Of a stretch of DNA of 46,654 nt, positions 41,261 through 46,654 are shown piece by piece. The number at the start of each line of letters is the position of its first letter. Position 1 is the stretch's first letter. Both the position numbers and the translations under genes were made by a program. This DNA comes from Myxococcales bacterium (GTDB lineage: Bacteria > Myxococcota > Myxococcia > Myxococcales > Myxococcaceae). The notes under the pieces were generated by a model. The model saw only the letters and a program-made list of their open reading frames with translations. It was not told the DNA's origin and searched no databases. The DNA is taken from positions 1-46,654 of the forward strand of contig JBBRAX010000061.1 of NCBI GenBank assembly GCA_038206395.1, given 5' to 3'.

Positions 41261-41799
41261 GCCACACCCCCCACGTCAGCGGAAGGCTCGTCGCCGGCCT
41301 CTTCGAGAAGGGGCTCGCCGGTCAGGTCACTCCGCAGCTCGAGGCGCGCCTTGCGTCCGAAGGCATCGAGCTCAACAACTTCAAGGCGACCTACCCGTAC
41401 GCCGCCTGGGTTCGCGGCCTCGAGATCACTGCCGCCGAGCTCTACAGCGGCGAGGTGCTCAGCGATGCCCTTCGCAAGCTCGGCTCTCGCGTCGTCCGCA
41501 CGCTGAAAGACCAGGGCGTCGTCAACGGGCCGATGATCAGCATGGGCAAGCTGATGGGTCCCCGACGCGTGCTCAAGCAGATCCACAACCAGCCCGTGCG
41601 CGGCGCCGCCTTTCTGAAAGTGCAGGTGGTCGAGAAGGGGAAGACCCACCTCGAGATCCACTGCAACGACGGAGCGATCGGCGACTTCGTCTCTGGCGCC
41701 CTCGAGGCCATCGTCGAGTTGCTCGGTGGCCACGCCCCGCGCGTGCAGCCGGCGATCACCACCCCCGAGCGCTGCGTTCTCGACGTCGTCTGGCGCTAG
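41257..41799 (+). CDS. Hypothetical protein, DUF2378-like (myxobacterial paralogous family)
   Basis: 180-aa ORF with high GC3. The GTG start overlaps the upstream stop (GTGA). The sequence (VSGRLVAGLFEKGLAG...ATYPYAAWVRGLEI...) resembles DUF2378, a family I recall as myxobacteria-specific. That assignment is from memory and unverified. Confidence 0.45.
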   Translation: MSHTPHVSGRLVAGLFEKGLAGQVTPQLEARLASEGIELNNFKATYPYAAWVRGLEITAAELYSGEVLSDALRKLGSRVVRTLKDQGVVNGPMISMGKLMGPRRVLKQIHNQPVRGAAFLKVQVVEKGKTHLEIHCNDGAIGDFVSGALEAIVELLGGHAPRVQPAITTPERCVLDVVWR

Positions 41800-41822
41800 G
41801 CCGTCCGCACGTGTTCCGTGTC

Positions 41823-41849
41823 TGCGTAAGGCTCACCCCTCGACTTCTC
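41823..41849. terminator. Candidate bidirectional terminator hairpin between convergent genes (TCACCCC-N13-GGGGTGA)
   Basis: A 7-bp GC-rich inverted repeat at 41823-41829 / 41843-41849 in the 72-bp gap between two convergent stops. No clear U-tract. Confidence 0.3.
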
Positions 41850-41871
41850 GGCGGGGTGAACTGAACGCACC

Positions 41872-43242
41872 TCAGCTCGCCTTCGCGGCGAGGAACTCGA
41901 TCAGGTCGATCTTGGTGACGACGGCCGTCACCTTCTGACCTTCGCGAACCACGGCCACGTTGTCCTGCGCGAACACGCCGCGCAGCGTGGTGATGCTCGT
42001 CTCAGGGGTGACGACGCCCTGCAGCGGCGCCACCAGCTTGTCGATGGTGTCGGTCAGCTTGCCGGTGCCGTTGATCAGCGCGTTCAGCAGGTCGTACTCG
42101 TGGAGCATGCCGATCGCGCTGCCGTTGTCCTCGACCACCGGCATCTGGCTGATGCCGTGGCGCTTCATCTCTTCGACCTTCGCGCCAATCTTCTCGCCCT
42201 TCTTGCCGGTGATCAGCGTCTGCTTCCGGCCCTTGGTGATGTCGGCCACCGTGCCCGGGCCCTTCTCGTCGAGGAAGCCGTTGTCGCGCATCCACTCGTC
42301 TGAATAGAACTTCGACACGTAGCTGCTGCCGCCATCGGGGAGCAGCACGACGACGATCTTGCCCTTGCCGGCCTCCTTCGCGATCTCGAGCGCGACGTGA
42401 ACTGCGCCGCCCGAGCTGCCACCACTGAAGATGCCCTCTTCCCGCGCCAGCCTCCGCGCCGCGGTGAAGCACTGGCGGTCATCGACCTGGCGAACCTGGT
42501 CGACGACTTTGAAGTTCATCGCGCCACACACCATGTCTTCGCCGATGCCTTCGACCTTGTAGGTGTGGGCCTCGCCGATCTTTCCGGTCTTGAAGAAGCC
42601 CGTGTAGATCGAGCCGATCGGGTCGACGCCGATGTTCTGGATCTTCGGGTTCTTCTCCTTCAGGTACTTGCCCGCGCCGCTCATCGTGCCGCCGGTGCCG
42701 AGGCCGGTGACGAAGTAGTCGATCTTCCCGTCCAGCTGCTCGTAGAGCTCGGGGCCCGTCGACAGGTAGTGCGCCTCGATGTTGTCGGGCGTGTGGTACT
42801 GGTTTGGGTAGAACGAGTTCGGCGTCTCGCGCGCCAGCCGCTTCGCCGTCTCGTAGTAGCTGCGCGGATCTTCAGCGGCCACGTTCGTCGGCGTCACCAC
42901 CACCTGCGCGCCCAGCGCCTTGAGGCGGTTGATCTTCTCCAGCGACATCTTGTCCGGCATCGTGAAGATGCACTTGTAGCCCTTCACCGCCGCGATCAAC
43001 GCGAGGCCCATGCCGGTGTTGCCCGACGTGTTCTCGATGATGGTGCCGCCCGGCTTCAGGGCCCCTGACTTCTCGGCCTTGTCGATGATGTGCACGGCCA
43101 TGCGGTCTTTGATGCTGCCGCCGGGGTTCATGAACTCGAGCTTGGTGTAGACGGTCGCGTCGTCAGGCCCGGTGAGCTTGTTGAGCTTCACCATCGGGGT
43201 ACGGCCAATGGCCAAAAGGACGTTGTCGTGAACGTTGTTCAT
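41872..43242 (-). CDS. Cystathionine beta-synthase (PLP domain + tandem CBS domains)
   Basis: 456 aa. Fold-type II PLP enzyme motifs (EFMNPGGSIKDRMA with PLP lysine, TSGNTGMGLA, GTGGTMSG). C-terminal Bateman (CBS) pair. Domain order as in CBS. Confidence 0.85.
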   Translation of the reverse strand: MNNVHDNVLLAIGRTPMVKLNKLTGPDDATVYTKLEFMNPGGSIKDRMAVHIIDKAEKSGALKPGGTIIENTSGNTGMGLALIAAVKGYKCIFTMPDKMSLEKINRLKALGAQVVVTPTNVAAEDPRSYYETAKRLARETPNSFYPNQYHTPDNIEAHYLSTGPELYEQLDGKIDYFVTGLGTGGTMSGAGKYLKEKNPKIQNIGVDPIGSIYTGFFKTGKIGEAHTYKVEGIGEDMVCGAMNFKVVDQVRQVDDRQCFTAARRLAREEGIFSGGSSGGAVHVALEIAKEAGKGKIVVVLLPDGGSSYVSKFYSDEWMRDNGFLDEKGPGTVADITKGRKQTLITGKKGEKIGAKVEEMKRHGISQMPVVEDNGSAIGMLHEYDLLNALINGTGKLTDTIDKLVAPLQGVVTPETSITTLRGVFAQDNVAVVREGQKVTAVVTKIDLIEFLAAKAS

Positions 43243-43264
43243 GACGAAGCCCTATATCCGACTG

Positions 43265-43489
43265 TTACTGGAACCTGCGAACCCGATCGGCCTTCATCAA
43301 GGACTCGATGCGTTCGAGCGTCTCGGCCTTGTAAACGCGGGAGCCGCAGTTGGGGCAGGCGCCCTGGGGCACGTCGGTGAGGACGACGATCTTCTCGCTG
43401 ACGGTCATCCGGACTTCGACGAAGCGCTGCTCGTACTGCCCGCTGCAGGGGCACCGGCCGTAGTCCTTCTTTCCGTAGTCGGCTCCCAT
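43265..43489 (-). CDS. YgiT-type zinc-finger protein (MqsA N-terminal-like zinc ribbon)
   Basis: 74 aa. CPCSG...CPNCGSRVY, as in the zf-YgiT family. 22 bp upstream of the CBS gene on the same strand. Confidence 0.55.
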   Translation of the reverse strand: MGADYGKKDYGRCPCSGQYEQRFVEVRMTVSEKIVVLTDVPQGACPNCGSRVYKAETLERIESLMKADRVRRFQ

Positions 43490-43516
43490 GCGGCGGCCCT
43501 ACAATAACAACCAACC

Positions 43517-44413
43517 GTGAATCGCGTTCCTCCTTCTATCCGCCCGCCTTCGGCGAAGCCCGCGAGCAAGCCGGCTTCAGCCCCTGCACCGGGTGGGGCG
43601 CCGTCGAAGCTGCGCAAGGCCCTGGTGCCCAAGCACCTCGAGAAGGAAAAGCCGCAGAAGCTGAAGACGGGCACCGACGAAGCCGACGGCCCTTCGCCCA
43701 CCGAGAACAAGCCGCAAGAGGGCAGCGAGCCGTCGAAGGACGCCCACCTCCACGCCCGGCTGGCCGAGGCCTGGACGCCCGAGTCGAAGGCCGAGAAAGA
43801 AGAAAAGAAGGAAGAGGCGCAGGAGTCCGGCGAGAAAGAAGGCACCCACGGCAGCGGCCAGGCGCTCAAGAGCCAGGCGGGGTTCTTGAAGCAGATCAAG
43901 CCGGCGCTCAACGCGCCCAACAGCCCCGTTCACCAGCAGGCCCAGAAGAAAGACAGCTTCGCGGGGATGCAGCACGCGCAAGCCGCAGGCTCCACCGGGC
44001 AGACGGGCCAGACGCGCGCGCTGGTGCCATCGAAGTCTGTCGCCGCCGTGCAGGCGCCGCAGCCGGCAGCTCCCGCGAAGCCCGCGCGTCCGCCCGATGC
44101 GTTCAGCGTGCTCCACGCCGCGCAGGAACCCGGCGTCTACTTCAAGGAAGAAGGCAGCCACGGCAGAGCCGAACAGCAGGACCCTGAGCTCTCGGCGGCG
44201 ATCGAAGAAGCGATTCGCCTGCTCTTCGGCGTCCGTGGAATCCTGCGCGTCTCGGGCGGCTTCGACCAGGAACAGAAGCCCGCCATCATCGTCGTCGCCA
44301 CCCAGGGCTTCGGCGAGGCCTCGATGAAGCTCGTGCCTCCGAAGGTTCACCGCTTCGAGACGATTCTCGCCGTCCCGTACGACATGCTCCCGCTGAAGCG
44401 CGAAAGGCTATGA
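43517..44413 (+). CDS. Hypothetical protein with long disordered Pro/Lys/Glu-rich N-terminus and small C-terminal domain
   Basis: 298 aa from the GTG at 43517. High GC3 in this frame. About 200 N-terminal residues of low complexity (PSAKPASKPASAPAP...KAEKEEKKEEAQESGEKEG). C-terminal about 80 aa look globular. The stop overlaps the next gene's ATG (ATGA). Confidence 0.5.
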   Translation: MNRVPPSIRPPSAKPASKPASAPAPGGAPSKLRKALVPKHLEKEKPQKLKTGTDEADGPSPTENKPQEGSEPSKDAHLHARLAEAWTPESKAEKEEKKEEAQESGEKEGTHGSGQALKSQAGFLKQIKPALNAPNSPVHQQAQKKDSFAGMQHAQAAGSTGQTGQTRALVPSKSVAAVQAPQPAAPAKPARPPDAFSVLHAAQEPGVYFKEEGSHGRAEQQDPELSAAIEEAIRLLFGVRGILRVSGGFDQEQKPAIIVVATQGFGEASMKLVPPKVHRFETILAVPYDMLPLKRERL

Positions 44414-45450
44414 CCGAACCCGAGCTCGAAACCTCCCTGCGCACGCAGGTGAACCTCGCCACTGGCGCCGACACGAAGGCCCACCCGGTGACGAAGCTGA
44501 AGGGTGAGGCGTCGGGGCGCAGCTACTACCGCGTCGGCACCGCCCCCGATTCGAAGGTGCTGATGGTGATGCCGAAGGACGCGCTGAAGAGCGACGAGGC
44601 CACCAGGGGCGCGCCCCCGAAAGAGCTGCCCTTTCTCAACGTCCACCGCTACCTCTCTTCCATCGGCGTCCGCGTCCCGCTGATTCACCGCTACGACGAG
44701 CCCGCGGGGATGATGGTGCTCGAGGATTTGACGGACCAGACGTTCGAAGCCGGGCTGAACGACAGCACCCGCCATGCGCTGTACGCGAAGGCGGTGAAGC
44801 TGCTGGCTCGCCTGCGCGCCGACGCCGAGAGCCGGCCCGACGCGACCTGCCTCGCCTTCACCCGGTCATTCGACGAAGAGCTCTACGACTGGGAGTTTCA
44901 CCACTTCCGCGAGTGGGGCATGGAAGCGTGGAGCGGCCAGAAGCCAACCGACGCCGAACGCGCCGAGCTCGACGGCATCTTCAAGAAGCTGTCGGCGCAG
45001 CTGGCCGCCGCTCCCAAAGGCTTCACCCACCGCGACTACCAGAGCCGAAACCTGATGCTGAAGGGCGACGAGCTGGTGGTGATCGACTTCCAGGACGCGT
45101 TGCTCGGGCCGCGCCAGTACGACCTGGTCGCGCTGCTCCGCGACAGCTACGTCGAGCTCGAGCGCAAGTTCGTCGAAGAGATGCTGGCCATCTACGCCGC
45201 CGAGTTCGCGTTGAAGACGGGCGAACGCATCGCGCTGCCTGAGTTCACCCGCTTCTTCGATTTGCTCACCGTGCAGCGGAAGCTCAAAGACGCCGCGCGC
45301 TTCGAGTTCATCAACCGGGTGAAGGGCAACCCCGGCTTCCTGGTCTCGATCCCTGCTTCGCTGCGCTACGTAAAGACCGCGCTCGATCAGCAGCCGCAGC
45401 TGAACGACCTGCGCCGCATCGCCAGCAGGTACGTGCCGGAGCTGCAGTGA
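44410..45450 (+). CDS. Aminoglycoside-phosphotransferase-fold kinase, AmgK-like (candidate anomeric MurNAc/GlcNAc kinase)
   Basis: 346 aa. APH/protein-kinase-like motifs: HRDYQSRNLML (HxDxxxxN catalytic loop) and VIDFQDA (DFG-like). Followed and overlapped by a sugar-1-phosphate nucleotidyltransferase gene, the AmgK-MurU arrangement. Confidence 0.65.
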   Translation: MTEPELETSLRTQVNLATGADTKAHPVTKLKGEASGRSYYRVGTAPDSKVLMVMPKDALKSDEATRGAPPKELPFLNVHRYLSSIGVRVPLIHRYDEPAGMMVLEDLTDQTFEAGLNDSTRHALYAKAVKLLARLRADAESRPDATCLAFTRSFDEELYDWEFHHFREWGMEAWSGQKPTDAERAELDGIFKKLSAQLAAAPKGFTHRDYQSRNLMLKGDELVVIDFQDALLGPRQYDLVALLRDSYVELERKFVEEMLAIYAAEFALKTGERIALPEFTRFFDLLTVQRKLKDAARFEFINRVKGNPGFLVSIPASLRYVKTALDQQPQLNDLRRIASRYVPELQ

Positions 45451-45455
45451 AGGCG

Positions 45456-46526
45456 ATGGTGCTGTGCGCGGGCCTCGGCACGCGCCTGCGCCCGCTGACG
45501 CTCAAGTGGCCGAAGCCCGCGATGCCCCTGCTCGGGCAGCCGCTGTTCCGCTACGCGCTGGCCACGCTGACCCGCGGCGGAGTGACTGAAGTCGGCATCA
45601 ACACCCACCACCTCCCCGACGTGATGCAGGCCGTCGCCGAGGCCGAGTGCAAGCGCGTCGACGTGAAGCTCACCGTCAGCGAAGAGCAGGGCGAGATTCA
45701 GGGTACGGGCGGCGGCATTCGCGGGCTGCGCAGCTTTCTCGAAGACGACACCTTCGTGGTGCTCAACGGCGACGTGCTGTTCGGGGTCGACCTCGCCGCG
45801 GTGATTGCCGCCCACAAGGCCGCCGAAGCCTCCGCGACGATGGTGCTCGCGCCGATGCCTCCGGGTGAAAAGTACAACCCGGTCGAGCTCGACTTCGGCC
45901 ACTGCGTGCGCCGCATTGCTGGTGTCGGCCCCGGCGGCGATCGGCTCACCCCGTGGCACTTCACCGGCGTTCACGTGATGAGCCCCGACGTCTTCGACTT
46001 CATGAACGCCAGCGGCCCCGAAGACATCAACCGCGACGTCTACCCGCGCATGATGGAAAAGGGCCTCACCATTCACGGGCACCGCATCGACCCGTACGCG
46101 CACTACTGGTCGGACCTCGGCACGCCTGCGCGCTACGCCGCCACCCACAAAGATCTGCTCTTTCAGCAGGTCGGGCTCGGGCCTTTCAAAGGCGCTTCCC
46201 CTTTCGAAGACACGCCGCGCGGCACTGGCAACTGGTGGGCGCATGAGACGGCCCAGCTCGGAAACCTTCGCGGTGCAGGGCCTGCGTACTTCGCCGAAGG
46301 CTCGGTGCTCGAGGGTGACGTCACCGTTGGATCCGCCGTGTCGGTGGGGAAGGGCGCCCGCGTGAAAGCCGGAGCGAAGCTCAACCGCGTCGCCGTGCTC
46401 GACGGCACCGAGGTCGAAGGCAACCAGCTCTACGAAGACTGTTTGCTCGGGCCCGGCGGCATTCGCATCTCGCTCGTCAGCCAGCGCATGACCGGGCTTG
46501 AGGGGCTTGCGTCGAGCACGGAGTGA
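45456..46526 (+). CDS. Sugar-1-phosphate nucleotidyltransferase (MurU/RmlA/GlmU-like) with C-terminal left-handed beta-helix (hexapeptide repeats)
   Basis: ATG at 45456 gives MVLCAGLGTRLRPLT (canonical NTP-transferase G-x-G-T-R-x-x-P-x-T). In-frame GTG at 45447 is an alternative start. The C-terminal about 110 aa carry hexapeptide-like repeats (VLEGDVTVGSAVSVGKGARVKAGAKLNRVAVLDGTEVEG). Confidence 0.75.
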   Translation: MVLCAGLGTRLRPLTLKWPKPAMPLLGQPLFRYALATLTRGGVTEVGINTHHLPDVMQAVAEAECKRVDVKLTVSEEQGEIQGTGGGIRGLRSFLEDDTFVVLNGDVLFGVDLAAVIAAHKAAEASATMVLAPMPPGEKYNPVELDFGHCVRRIAGVGPGGDRLTPWHFTGVHVMSPDVFDFMNASGPEDINRDVYPRMMEKGLTIHGHRIDPYAHYWSDLGTPARYAATHKDLLFQQVGLGPFKGASPFEDTPRGTGNWWAHETAQLGNLRGAGPAYFAEGSVLEGDVTVGSAVSVGKGARVKAGAKLNRVAVLDGTEVEGNQLYEDCLLGPGGIRISLVSQRMTGLEGLASSTE

Positions 46527-46528
46527 CC

Positions 46529-46654
46529 ATGGAAATGCCGGCGCCCGCCAAAAGCAGAGGTCTGCTGTTCTGGACAGCGATCGTCTTTGGCGGCTCGTGC
46601 GCCCTCTGCTCGGTGTTCGGCCTCGGGGTGGCCGCGCTCGGGCTGATGGGCGAC
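46529..46654 (+). CDS. 5' end of a membrane protein gene (partial, runs off window)
   Basis: ATG at 46529, 3 bp after the previous stop. Encodes MEMPAPAKSRGLLFWTAIVFGGSCALCSVFGLGVAALGLMGD (hydrophobic). Confidence 0.35.
   Translation, partial: MEMPAPAKSRGLLFWTAIVFGGSCALCSVFGLGVAALGLMGD

Noticed and set aside
1-46654. Mobile elements, integrases, transposases, phage genes
   Set aside because: No translation in any frame shows DDE, tyrosine- or serine-recombinase, terminase, capsid or portal signatures. GC content is uniform apart from the short palindrome island. The window looks like core chromosome rather than an island.

Overview
46.6-kb, about 70% GC, densely coding on both strands. Likely chromosomal DNA of a high-GC deltaproteobacterium or myxobacterium-like organism; this is inferred from composition, the many Ser/Thr kinases and FHA proteins, and a DUF2378-like gene. 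I found no rRNA, tRNA, CRISPR array, transposase or integrase. The left third (0.2-16.3 kb) is a cell-envelope block, listed here from one end: an AlkP-family phosphodiesterase; a divergent M23 (LytM) peptidase; and, on the minus strand, an operon encoding a giant 1749-aa secreted repeat protein, then a thioester-containing alpha-2-macroglobulin (GCLEQ motif), then penicillin-binding protein 1C. A structured 234-bp spacer with 27-bp tandem repeats and a 20-bp perfect inverted repeat lies between the macroglobulin and pbpC genes. The middle (16.4-26.4 kb) has a lipoprotein gene and a lower-GC regulatory island with two copies of a perfect TTCGATCGAATTCGATCGAA palindrome. Next come a tightly packed NfeD/YqiJ-like membrane protein, a YqiK-type flotillin, and an 1814-aa protein with a C-terminal MoxR-type AAA+ ATPase module. 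I consider this trio the best candidate for an undescribed system. The right part (26.4-46.6 kb) is housekeeping and regulatory. It holds a CocE/NonD hydrolase, a YkgJ Cys-cluster protein, RlmI and RlmK-like rRNA methyltransferases, an MBL-fold hydrolase, two Ser/Thr kinases, an M55 DppA-like peptidase and an FHA protein. It also holds reverse-transsulfuration genes (cystathionine gamma-lyase and beta-synthase) and an AmgK/MurU-like sugar kinase plus nucleotidyltransferase pair. Many adjacent genes overlap by 4 nt (GTGA, ATGA or TTGA). Several convergent pairs abut with 0-4 bp between stop codons. All calls rest on reading the translations by eye; no database searches were run.
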